From a virus: a stretch of 44,235 nt of DNA. The translations under genes were made by a program, and so were the position numbers. Shown here piece by piece: positions 10,101-16,437 of the stretch. Position 1 is the stretch's first letter; each line of letters starts with the position of its first letter. The stretch is from the IMG/VR virus record IMGVR_UViG_3300027908_000012, positions 1 through 44,235 of that record. One strand, given 5' to 3'. The notes under the pieces were generated by a model, which made no database searches, was not told the DNA's origin, and worked only from the letters and a program-made list of their open reading frames with translations.

Positions 10101-10366
10101 TATTCCCAGGGGAGTCTTCAGAAATCTTCGGTGGACGCTCATCGAACCCTCCCTTTCTTGGGCCGGATGAGTTCTTTATAGCACAAATGCTGGTTAAAAC
10201 GCGGCTGTGGCTACCCAGCGCTCACCACCCACGCAATTCTGAGCCTTCGCAGTGCAGAATCCCATCCCGGTCAGCCCAACAAGGAAGAAGGGGATTAGTC
10301 TGTATCGTCGGCCCAGAGGGTTTGATATCAAGTGGCATCACCTCGCTTTCTGGAGAGGGAGTCTAG
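7190..10366 (+). CDS. Right-handed beta-helix tailspike/depolymerase-like protein with three Ig-like repeats and an IPT-like domain; true 3' end uncertain
   Basis: ATG 7190 forms an ATGA overlap with the upstream stop. The signal-like N-terminus is MKKILIIFGLLTLWGAKAQA/AD. Parallel beta-helix repeat signatures are present (NLTIKNLYV, IYNNTF, VFNNVFIG, IVNNTLIY, YENNVFSN). Three repeats of about 105 aa span nt 8786-9766 and resemble choice-of-anchor-D/ASH-type Ig folds. The last roughly 137 codons (9953-10366) have an unrelated R/W/P/C-rich composition. Confidence 0.7.
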   Translation: MKKILIIFGLLTLWGAKAQAADIYFAQTSAGGNTGANCANARALSTHVIGDDVPGNTSHLCGTITIAAGGTAFTFLASGSVGNPITLKFETGANLTSPAWSGYTGAINTNGQSNVLIDGGTTCGWVNNAQVACNGVIHNTSAGTNFTTPSGPNNTNCSGEAAFCSVGILAVGGTGIEIRNLTIKNLYVRTSSSDPTAVNTGGVAGITGYSSTGIHAHHLILTDMGWCIHDGETGDNPEFDHIYYANMDHGIAGGSFNRAITGYLYHDSFVGSMKNWDSNSNTNVPNHHDGFHIWAAGGTASPQIINASIYNNTFSADPGLFGFGFNAFLYIESSTQNLHVFNNVFIGDPTNVDYGRMLWLFVNACNNNVVPAVCTNSTGAVIVNNTLIYASGTFNLQAFSPNSGSLYENNVFSNANTFVSLTPSTTPTIDHNYYELAIAGPNSSWNWNGVTTNSFSAWQGTGSDTHGFYSASTGFVNSDGTLKVNSPAINLGANLTSLGITALNSDRNGNPRPATGPWTSGAINFGTAPPTPGLSISSPPSFGSVNVGSSSSPITLTVTSNGTATATLGNPIATFSDPEFALTGGTCSINESLPSGSTCTLIIVFTPTSAGVKNATVTVGANATASAGLSGTGSAGTASMSVAPTSWNFGNVTQGTASTVETFLITNTGSTSITMSSPVTTFSGTNAGDFSLSGTPANNCTSGLILAPGGTCQKSIIVTPSIIGAESATATFSATTASTSASLTATGTPVSNPSLLVTPRPLILSSTIQGQTSPTVTGTVTNNGNVSVTLGSTPITISGTLAADFSLSSNACTPALVLIVGGTCTFNVSAVPSGITLEQVNLTATATNTTNTVALQIQGLPIAPIPAPSPALIISTQIDLFPMPKVTITGQNFVVGKTQITIDGTPQATVCSATSCTTQSASWGLLPRFWGNFSRYWCQMTAALACGSIHAIPAATPRKAPDRHQARYIQLFPGESSEIFGGRSSNPPFLGPDEFFIAQMLVKTRLWLPSAHHPRNSEPSQCRIPSRSAQQGRRGLVCIVGPEGLISSGITSLSGEGV
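9930..10142 (-). CDS. Small antisense gene (70 aa) embedded in the 3' tail of the spike ORF
   Basis: The ATG is preceded by GGGAGGG (5-nt spacer) and by an extended -10 element TGcTATAAA about 32 nt upstream. The first roughly 40 residues (MSVHRRFLKTPLGIIEYIWLDGGLVPYEVLRQEWHEL) look globular. Confidence 0.4.
   Translation of the reverse strand: MSVHRRFLKTPLGIIEYIWLDGGLVPYEVLRQEWHELSRTPEPPSFDTNSVRNYPKTGEVTPKTLIASCS
10175..10183 (-). promoter_or_regulatory. Extended -10 promoter element (TGcTATAAA) for the antisense gene 9930-10142
   Basis: The reverse complement of 10175-10183 reads TGCTATAAA, and the distance to the ATG is plausible. There is no good -35 hexamer. Confidence 0.35.
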
Positions 10367-10367
10367 C

Positions 10368-10577
10368 ATGGAAGGTAAAGCTGTAGGGGTAGTTCAATGC
10401 ATGAGCAAGAATCAACTCCATGAGCGGTTCATCTTGTCTTTTAAAACGGGAACCAACGGGCGCGGCGGCAGCATCGTGATGCAGATGGAAAACGATCCGG
10501 CAGACTATTTTGAGGTAGGTGGCGAATATGTTCTTAGCTTCGAGCGGGCGGTCAAGACTTTATCGGCAGGAAAATAA
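10368..10577 (+). CDS. Hypothetical protein (69 aa)
   Basis: ATG 10368 is preceded by GAGGGAG and sits 1 nt after the spike ORF stop. It is the first gene of the plus-strand lysis/accessory cluster. Confidence 0.55.
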   Translation: MEGKAVGVVQCMSKNQLHERFILSFKTGTNGRGGSIVMQMENDPADYFEVGGEYVLSFERAVKTLSAGK

Positions 10578-10609
10578 TTTGTTGTCATTCTCAGCTACGA
10601 GGTTGAGTC

Positions 10610-11005
10610 TTGGGCGTCCCAAAACTCACAGATGTAAAGGAGTATGCGTCCATCGTCGCGCTAGCCTGGTCCATGGGCCTGACCGCCTGGGCCAAACTTT
10701 ATACCTGGAAGGAGAAGCGCCGGCGTGAGCGCGAAAGAATACAGGCCCAGATCATAGATGTAGCGGTCAAGAAACGACTGGAGCAGGAGCAGGAAGAAAA
10801 GAAGCAAATCTTGACCGGCATCCTGCACGTATCGAACGGGAAATATGCCGCCTTGCAACGGAAACTGGAAGTCGCGGAAGCGAAGAACGTTGAATTGCAG
10901 GTAAAGATGTTGGAGCAGCAAACCGAGATTTCAGTGCTAAATAAATTGCTAGAGATTCGCAGGAAAGAGCGGAAAGAAAAAAGTGAATCTTCTGGTGGAA
11001 CGTGA
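10610..11005 (+). CDS. N-terminally membrane-anchored coiled-coil protein (i-spanin-like architecture)
   Basis: The TTG start follows GAGG. It has one TM helix (YASIVALAWSMGLTAWAKLY) followed by an E/K/R/Q-rich heptad-like region. It lies directly upstream of the DUF5675-like gene. Confidence 0.5.
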   Translation: MGVPKLTDVKEYASIVALAWSMGLTAWAKLYTWKEKRRRERERIQAQIIDVAVKKRLEQEQEEKKQILTGILHVSNGKYAALQRKLEVAEAKNVELQVKMLEQQTEISVLNKLLEIRRKERKEKSESSGGT

Positions 11006-11393
11006 CACTTACAGAAGCTACTCGACGGAAGGAAAACTCTCGATTGATGGAGTCTTTGAATGCTTTACTTTGGAGCTTCCGTTGGGAGATGGGATGCCGG
11101 GGAGCGCTGTGCCTGAAGGGACATATGCCGTGATTGTTTATCCCTCGCCGCATTTTGGACGGTTGATGCCGCTCTTGAGCGGAGTGCCGGGGCGCAGCGA
11201 TATCGAAATTCATTTTGGGAATTACCCCGATAACACACGAGGCTGCATTCTGTTGGGCGAATCTCGGGGATTGAACTTTGTCAGCGACAGCCGGCAAGCC
11301 TTTGACGATTTCTGGGCCAAAACGCAAGGAGCGATGGAAGCGGGAGATTGTACTATCCAGATTAAAAATCTACCAGAGGAAACCACTATATGA
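10983..11393 (+). CDS. DUF5675-family protein (candidate cell-wall-acting enzyme)
   Basis: Motifs STEGKLSIDG..C.TLE, VPEGTYAV..YPSPHFGR..PLL..VPGRS.IEIH.GN...NT.GCILLG match my recollection of DUF5675. The functional guess rests only on its position in the lysis cluster. Confidence 0.6.
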   Translation: MNLLVERDTYRSYSTEGKLSIDGVFECFTLELPLGDGMPGSAVPEGTYAVIVYPSPHFGRLMPLLSGVPGRSDIEIHFGNYPDNTRGCILLGESRGLNFVSDSRQAFDDFWAKTQGAMEAGDCTIQIKNLPEETTI

Positions 11394-11722
11394 CCTATAT
11401 GATGAGCGTAAACGCAGCGCGATATGATTGGAAAACCTGGATGCTCGGGGTTATGCGCTCATTTCTCTCTGGCGGGGCAGTGGCCTTGACCACCGGAACT
11501 GGAGGCGCGTTGCTGGGCATCCCCGGCAAGCAGGTCTGGACGCTTATGGGCATCAATTTCGTGATATTGGGACTTTACCGCATGGGCGAGTTTTTGCAGC
11601 TTCACGGAGCGCCAGATCAGTTACAGGCTACGCTTGACGCGGCCGCCGTGGCCACCAAGGAAGCAGCCAAACAGGTTGCCAAAGCTCAAGAAATTGCGCC
11701 GGAGGCCCCAAAGCATGATTGA
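11390..11722 (+). CDS. Holin-like small membrane protein (110 aa, about 2 TM)
   Basis: The start forms an ATGA overlap with the upstream gene. There are two hydrophobic helices followed by a charged, Ala-rich tail. Confidence 0.5.
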   Translation: MTYMMSVNAARYDWKTWMLGVMRSFLSGGAVALTTGTGGALLGIPGKQVWTLMGINFVILGLYRMGEFLQLHGAPDQLQATLDAAAVATKEAAKQVAKAQEIAPEAPKHD

Positions 11723-12080
11723 CCCATCACCCAGCACGATCCCGCTAATTATCGCTGCGGTGGGATCGGGAATAGCAGCCATCTTGAGCAGCGTGGCGGT
11801 AATTATCGGATCCTTGAACAAGTCTACCATTGAAAGCGTGAAGAAGACCGGCGAGGCCACCCATACACTCAGCAATTCGGCCATGGGAGCGCAGTTACTT
11901 TCCTCCATCGCGGATAAAGAAGCTTTGGCGGTTGTGCTGCATTCCGTCGCCACTAAGAGTGGGGTGTTATCCGATCTGGAAGCCGCCGCAGCCATGGACG
12001 TGCGTGTGGAAGCTGCCAAGAAGCTCTATCAGGAACATGTGCGGAATCAGGCGGTGGTGGACGCTAAATTATCAAATTGA
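11715..12080 (+). CDS. Membrane-anchored helical protein (121 aa)
   Basis: ATG 11715 overlaps the upstream stop by 8 nt. It has an N-terminal TM helix (IPLIIAAVGSGIAAILSSVAVIIG) followed by an amphipathic helical region. The longer 11634 start lies inside the upstream gene. Confidence 0.5.
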   Translation: MIDPSPSTIPLIIAAVGSGIAAILSSVAVIIGSLNKSTIESVKKTGEATHTLSNSAMGAQLLSSIADKEALAVVLHSVATKSGVLSDLEAAAAMDVRVEAAKKLYQEHVRNQAVVDAKLSN

Positions 12081-12150
12081 AAGGGCGGTCGCTAAAGAAC
12101 GGGTTGCCATCCCGCTACCGCCCTCTCCTCTGATGTTGGCTAAACAATCG

Positions 12151-12474
12151 TTACGGAGTTGCCGGAGGAGCTGCTGGCGTGTTAGCGGCCACGGCTGCAG
12201 CCAAAGCATCATCGGACTGTTGCAAAGAAGCCTGCAAAGCCGCGAGCGCTGCCGGATCGGTGCCAGCCGCAGCCAGTTGCGCTGCAAAGCCCTGAATCAG
12301 GGTCAGAGCGGAACTGATTACGGAAGTGTTCTGTGCTACTTGCGCGGTAAGCGCATCCATCGCTGCGGACATGGTTCCTCCTTGAGATTGTATCGCTTGA
12401 AGCATGGAAACAATTTGGTCGAGCTTTCCCGTTGGATCGGCGTTGTGAATGAAAATGTCGATGCGTTGAGCCAC
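12151..12474 (-). CDS. Stand-alone antisense-oriented gene, Ala/Gln-rich helical protein (107 aa)
   Basis: GTG 12474 is preceded by AGGAG (6-nt spacer), with TAGAAT about 20 nt further upstream. The overlapping plus-strand 209-aa ORF is C/R/W-rich and implausible. Confidence 0.45.
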   Translation of the reverse strand: MAQRIDIFIHNADPTGKLDQIVSMLQAIQSQGGTMSAAMDALTAQVAQNTSVISSALTLIQGFAAQLAAAGTDPAALAALQASLQQSDDALAAAVAANTPAAPPATP

Positions 12475-12620
12475 AAGCAACTCCTGCTGCGGGGATTCTA
12501 CACTACGTTGTCAAGCAAGTGTCCACAAAAGTGCACACAACGTGGTAAAACGGCAAATTAATCTGTTTTTTCACCTAAAATGATGTATCCTCGCCGCATT
12601 CTTGTGGTAAAAGGAACACC

Positions 12621-13217
12621 ATGAACCGCAGACAATTCACGGGCCACTTGGTTGCTGGTGCTGCGATTGTCGCAGCGGGAGTCTCTATTGAAGGCTGCGC
12701 GGTGCCCAATTGGGTCAACACCGCAATTGCCGACCTTCCCACCATCCTGAATATCGCTACCACCGTGGCCACCATCGTCGCTGACGCGGCCACTGGTGGC
12801 GCTCTGACGCCCGCCATTGCTGCAATCATCGCCACAGCTACCGGAGCCATCAATGTAGCGATTCCGGTCATCCAGAAGCTTATAGGCGATTACCAGGCCA
12901 ATCCCACAGCCAGCCTGGTGGACCAGATCAAGACTTCCCTGATCGACGTGCAGAACCAGTTAGGGCAAATCCTCACCGCGGCGCACATCCTTAACCCCAC
13001 CTTGCGAGGCGTCATCACCACCAGCATGGGATTAGGAATCGGCGTAATAACCGCCATCCTGTCGCTCCTACCTGCTCCTGTGGCCGTTGCCGGGGCTCTC
13101 AAGGCGCAACAGGCTGCGCAATCGGGCTGGGTGAACAAGCCCACCGCTCCCGCAACGATCAATGCCCAGTTTAATGCTTTCTTGCAGTCCAACGGGTTTG
13201 GGAAGTACGCGCACTAA
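12621..13217 (+). CDS. Exported protein with twin-arginine-type signal and possible lipobox
   Basis: The N-terminus is MNRRQFTGHLVAGAAIVAAGVSIEGC: an RRxF motif, a hydrophobic core and a Cys at position 26. The RBS is AAAGGAA. The mature part is Ala/Thr/Ile-rich and helical. Confidence 0.6.
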   Translation: MNRRQFTGHLVAGAAIVAAGVSIEGCAVPNWVNTAIADLPTILNIATTVATIVADAATGGALTPAIAAIIATATGAINVAIPVIQKLIGDYQANPTASLVDQIKTSLIDVQNQLGQILTAAHILNPTLRGVITTSMGLGIGVITAILSLLPAPVAVAGALKAQQAAQSGWVNKPTAPATINAQFNAFLQSNGFGKYAH

Positions 13218-13966
13218 TGGACCGAATGCTCGGAAAACTCGCGCCGAAGTTCAATCCCAAGACACTGGACTTTGCCCGCTACCTAAAACCCAAGGCTATC
13301 GCTCCACCGCCGACTAAATCCTATTGGGAATACAAGATTCCTGAGCCGACCTGGGGCATGTATGCGAACGACACTATAGGCGACTGCACCTGTGCTGCGG
13401 CAGCCCATTTACTGATGAACTGGACCGCGCACACCGGAAGCATGGTCACGCCGGCCCTAGAGGAAGTTCTGGGCATGTATTCAGCAATATCCGGCTATGA
13501 TCCCATCTCTGGCGCCAACGACAACGGAGCAGCCATCACCGATGTACTCGACTACCTGCAAAAGACCGGACTGGCCGGCCACAAGATTGACGGCTGGGCT
13601 CAGATTGACCATACCAACCTCAACCATGCAAAAACGGCTATCTACCTCTTTGGGGGCATAAATATCGGCGTTCAGGTTCCTCAATCCATAATGGACCAGA
13701 CCGACCAGCATGAAACCTGGGACGTGGTGCCTAATGACGGCGGCATCGACGGCGGGCACAGCATTCCTAACTTTGGCTATGGCGCAACCGGCACAACTTG
13801 CGTTACCTGGGGAGCGTTGCAGCCTATGACCTGGGAATGGTTCAAGAAATACTGCGATGAGGCTTACTGCCTGCTGTCTCTTGATTGGCTGGCGAGTTCC
13901 GGGCTTGCACCTTCGCATCTGGATGTAGCTTCCCTGCGAGCGGATTTGCAGGAATTGCGGGTCTGA
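13217..13966 (+). CDS. Papain-fold cysteine peptidase-like protein (249 aa)
   Basis: The start forms a TAATG overlap with the upstream gene. A candidate catalytic Cys lies in NDTIGDCTCAAAAH and a candidate His in DGGIDGGHS. No signal peptide is present. The fold assignment is from motif memory and is unverified. Confidence 0.6.
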   Translation: MDRMLGKLAPKFNPKTLDFARYLKPKAIAPPPTKSYWEYKIPEPTWGMYANDTIGDCTCAAAAHLLMNWTAHTGSMVTPALEEVLGMYSAISGYDPISGANDNGAAITDVLDYLQKTGLAGHKIDGWAQIDHTNLNHAKTAIYLFGGINIGVQVPQSIMDQTDQHETWDVVPNDGGIDGGHSIPNFGYGATGTTCVTWGALQPMTWEWFKKYCDEAYCLLSLDWLASSGLAPSHLDVASLRADLQELRV

Positions 13967-13969
13967 ACT

Positions 13970-14194
13970 TTAGGTGGCTTTTGTACGCAATTCCTCTATT
14001 TGCCAAGTCAGTTCTTTGAGCAGGTCTTCAAAGCTATCGCCATGGCCGGTTGAGAAACTGTGCGCGGTCATCCAGGCTGCTAGTTGCTCTCTGGCTGCGG
14101 TCTTCGCGGCGTCCCAGGCATCTTTCGCGATTTTATCGGGCTGCGTGATAGTGCCTAGTAGGGGGTAATTTTTCTTCCACTGTTCGAAGGTCAT
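13970..14194 (-). CDS. Hypothetical protein (74 aa), last gene of leftward early operon
   Basis: ATGA overlap with the upstream gene. It is convergent with the plus-strand cluster that ends at 13966. Confidence 0.5.
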   Translation of the reverse strand: MTFEQWKKNYPLLGTITQPDKIAKDAWDAAKTAAREQLAAWMTAHSFSTGHGDSFEDLLKELTWQIEELRTKAT

Positions 14195-14427
14195 CGCTCG
14201 TTCTCCTCAAAGCCCCGTGGGGGTGTTTTTAGGGGTAAATCGGGTGTTGCCGTCGAGCGTTGGGAGCTATCGCCATGGGCGGGGTTGCCAGCAAAACACC
14301 CTTTAAATCCGTGCTCCCACTGACAGTTATTAGTGCCACAGAAATGACCGATGTAGTCTTTTTTGCGTCGCGCTCCGCAATACTTACAATGTGTGGGACA
14401 GTTGCATTTGACCTTTACCCGCCTCAT
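14191..14427 (-). CDS. Cys/His-rich small protein (78 aa)
   Basis: CNCPTHCKYCG...HFCGTNNC looks like a zinc-binding pattern. There are ATGA overlaps on both sides. Confidence 0.5.
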   Translation of the reverse strand: MRRVKVKCNCPTHCKYCGARRKKDYIGHFCGTNNCQWEHGFKGCFAGNPAHGDSSQRSTATPDLPLKTPPRGFEENER

Positions 14428-14567
14428 TCCCTTGACTCCTTATCTCGCGCCTTTTCTACAACATTGCCGGGCTGGTGTTCGATAGCTAACGCAGCTTCAC
14501 GCACCGCCTGACACCGCCTGATTTTCTCAGTCACGTTGTCGGGATCGCGCCAATTCCTAACGCTCAT
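14424..14567 (-). CDS. Hypothetical 47-aa ORF (below track cutoff)
   Basis: I translated it by hand: MSVRNWRDPDNVTEKIRRCQAVREAALAIEHQPGNVVEKARDKESRE. It fills an otherwise empty gap exactly, with a TGATG overlap upstream and an ATGA overlap downstream. Confidence 0.4.
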   Translation of the reverse strand: MSVRNWRDPDNVTEKIRRCQAVREAALAIEHQPGNVVEKARDKESRE

Positions 14568-14860
14568 CAGTCCATCTCCAGCATGTGCTCGCAATACCAC
14601 GTTTTGGGAGGTTGTGTCTGCGGAATATCGCCGATTGCCTCAGCGCAAGCCGCCACTGATTCAGGACTGGCTAACCACAATCTTCCATCGCAAAACATCG
14701 CCTGCGTAAGCGAGGTTGTGTAAATCCGAACGACGGTTCCGGGCATTCGCGAATAATCTAATTCTGGGAATCGCTCTTGTTTTCCAAGCATGTACGGACA
14801 CCAATGTTCCATTGGTGCGATGCGAACTTTGGCGACACTCAATCTTGCGTTAGCTATCAT
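14567..14860 (-). CDS. Hypothetical protein (97 aa)
   Basis: ORF-track entry, coupled to its neighbours by overlapping stop/start codons. Confidence 0.5.
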   Translation of the reverse strand: MIANARLSVAKVRIAPMEHWCPYMLGKQERFPELDYSRMPGTVVRIYTTSLTQAMFCDGRLWLASPESVAACAEAIGDIPQTQPPKTWYCEHMLEMD

Positions 14861-15090
14861 CTCTTGTCCTCCGCTGTTGCAGAAACGCTCTGGGATGGGT
14901 GGGCTAGGGCTGCACGGGCTTTGTTAAATCTATTTTCAGCCGCTTGCTGCAATAACCTTTCAACGTCTCTTCTAGCAAGCATCGGATTCTTAGAGTCTCC
15001 CGCTACCAGTCCGTAACTCGGAAGGCTTTGGAGTTCCGACCAAAGGCTGTAGTCGCGTTCATCCCAGCCGTTTATTCGGATATTTTTCAT
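14857..15090 (-). CDS. Hypothetical protein (77 aa from ATG 15090)
   Basis: ATG 15090 is preceded by GGAGGAG. The 88-aa version starting at 15123 lacks an RBS. Confidence 0.5.
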   Translation of the reverse strand: MKNIRINGWDERDYSLWSELQSLPSYGLVAGDSKNPMLARRDVERLLQQAAENRFNKARAALAHPSQSVSATAEDKR

Positions 15091-15229
15091 TCCACTCCTC
15101 CCAAACTTCGCCCAAGAACCCACCGATGAACCACTTGTCTCGCTTCTTAATCTTCAAAGCAAAGTCAAGGAACTTTTCAATTGCTTTAACTTCAACGGAC
15201 TTACGTGGCGACTTTTTCTTATTGCTCAT
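15059..15229 (-). CDS. Hypothetical 56-aa ORF (below track cutoff)
   Basis: Hand translation: MSNKKKSPRKSVEVKAIEKFLDFALKIKKRDKWFIGGFLGEVWEEWNEKYPNKRLG. The ATG directly abuts the upstream stop. It overlaps the next gene by 32 nt. Confidence 0.35.
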   Translation of the reverse strand: MSNKKKSPRKSVEVKAIEKFLDFALKIKKRDKWFIGGFLGEVWEEWNEKYPNKRLG

Positions 15230-15427
15230 TCACCCCTCGCTTTCTAGGGCTGCGGCGGCTACGTTTGTTGCTTTCACAAGGGCCTCGCGTATCACTTTTA
15301 CAACTTCTTCCACATCGGCATCGCAGACCATGATTTGCCGGGAGGTATTCTTGCCCTTGGCGTCAGGCCCGTCTATTCTCACTTTCACGCTGGAACGTTT
15401 TACGAGTTGGGCTATGTACACTTTCAC
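15230..15427 (-). CDS. Hypothetical protein (65 aa)
   Basis: ORF-track entry with a 4-nt overlap with the upstream gene. Confidence 0.5.
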   Translation of the reverse strand: MKVYIAQLVKRSSVKVRIDGPDAKGKNTSRQIMVCDADVEEVVKVIREALVKATNVAAAALESEG

Positions 15428-15867
15428 CCCTCGCTTTCTTCGGGGGTGGGCTTTGGGGCAGCGAGAGCATCAATAATCCGAAGCAGGTTCTTGCAGTCCA
15501 CCCAATCCACACGCTCTTTGCTCGCTACCCGTTCGCGAATGTCTGCAATGATTTCGGCGTAGTCAGTCAACAATTTCCTGACCCGCTCCCCGCTCGGTGC
15601 TGGGGTGGAGGCTGAGGTATCGGGGGCGAACTCATCAAGATAGTAGCCGATGATGTTTCTCACATCGTTGAGTAATGCTTCATCGCGTAGAATGTGGTGA
15701 CGCTCAATCAAGACGCTATTTATCTTGCTGGCTTGGCGTATCGCAGCCGCACTCGGCTCCCCACCCTCCTCTCGGCTTATTTGTGTTGGGGAAGGCTGCG
15801 GGACTATGTCAGTTTTACGAGTACGCTCATAATATTCAATGAGAGCAATAGCTTCTTCTTTATTCAT
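15424..15867 (-). CDS. Hypothetical protein (147 aa)
   Basis: The ATG is preceded by GGGAGG. It is the first gene after the structured 115-nt spacer. Confidence 0.55.
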   Translation of the reverse strand: MNKEEAIALIEYYERTRKTDIVPQPSPTQISREEGGEPSAAAIRQASKINSVLIERHHILRDEALLNDVRNIIGYYLDEFAPDTSASTPAPSGERVRKLLTDYAEIIADIRERVASKERVDWVDCKNLLRIIDALAAPKPTPEESEG

Positions 15868-15884
15868 TTGACCTCCCGTTAAAA

Positions 15885-15959
15885 TGGTGACGGCATTTAC
15901 TACGCTGGGTATCTAATCCAGCTTGGACGGACGCGCTAGGCATCACGCTGCCGTCACCA
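15885..15959 (-). other. Structured intergenic element: 11-bp long-range stem enclosing about 53 nt with an inner 5-bp hairpin
   Basis: tggtgacggca (15885-15895) pairs with tgccgtcacca (15949-15959). The inner hairpin is gctgg/ccagc (15904-15908 / 15918-15922). On the transcribed strand it is followed by ATTTTAA and then the RBS of the next gene. Confidence 0.35.
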
Positions 15960-15982
15960 ACTTGTGCTTCTTAATTTCCAAT

Positions 15983-16129
15983 TCAGTTTTCTTTTTTAGG
16001 TCGTCCACCGAGTTTTCCGTTCTGGCGAGATGCCTTTGCCTTGGCCTTACTCTTAACGCTACCTCGCTCTGCCGCTGTACAAACAGGGCAGATCAACCGT
16101 GTGGAACATTTAGGACAGCGAGCACTCAT
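15983..16129 (-). CDS. Zinc-ribbon micro-protein (48 aa, below track cutoff)
   Basis: Hand translation: MSARCPKCSTRLICPVCTAAERGSVKSKAKAKASRQNGKLGGRPKKEN. It has CxxC...CxxC followed by a basic tail, and an ATGA overlap with the upstream gene. Confidence 0.45.
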   Translation of the reverse strand: MSARCPKCSTRLICPVCTAAERGSVKSKAKAKASRQNGKLGGRPKKEN

Positions 16130-16362
16130 AGGGAGTGCCTATGAACACCCAGTCCATCCCCGGGTTCCGCTTCTATCGCCGCTTGATACGCAAAAGCACT
16201 GAGCACTTGCAGGTAAAGTGCCTCTCCCGTCATGCGGTCAGTCTCATCACTGGACCTACGCAAACGTGCCGCCTCTGACAAAATTGCCCCGAGTTGATCT
16301 GACCTCATTGCGTTCAGTCTTCGTTGAATGTCTCGGATCGGTTTCGTGTTGGGAAGTTCCAT
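16126..16362 (-). CDS. Hypothetical protein (78 aa from ATG 16362)
   Basis: ATG 16362 is preceded by GGAGG. The track start at 16380 abuts the -10 box (16381-16386), so it cannot be on a transcript from that promoter. Confidence 0.55.
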   Translation of the reverse strand: MELPNTKPIRDIQRRLNAMRSDQLGAILSEAARLRRSSDETDRMTGEALYLQVLSAFAYQAAIEAEPGDGLGVHRHSL

Positions 16363-16380
16363 ATAGCCTCCAATGCACAC

Positions 16381-16420
16381 ACTATAAACCTAACACGTTG
16401 GGTTGTCAAGCACTATTTTG
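16381..16420 (-). promoter_or_regulatory. Sigma70-type promoter AAAATAGTGCTTGACA-N17-TATAGT
   Basis: In reverse complement, TTGACA is at 16404-16409 and TATAGT at 16381-16386, with a 17-nt spacer. The 16-nt upstream block is identical to the one at 25411-25425. Confidence 0.6.
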
Positions 16421-16437
16421 AAACGACTAATTCCCAT

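Noticed and set aside
10767-11327. 186-aa minus-strand ORF
   Set aside because: It is antisense to the coiled-coil and DUF5675-like genes. It has an Arg/Ser/Pro-rich shadow-frame composition.
11932-12561. 209-aa plus-strand ORF
   Set aside because: Its C/R/W-rich product overlaps both the end of gene 11715-12080 and the better-supported minus-strand gene 12151-12474.
15886-15958. 73-nt stem-enclosed segment considered as a tRNA
   Set aside because: The terminal stem is 10-11 bp rather than 7. There is no GTTCGAATC-type T-loop or D-arm, and the inner hairpin has a 9-nt loop.
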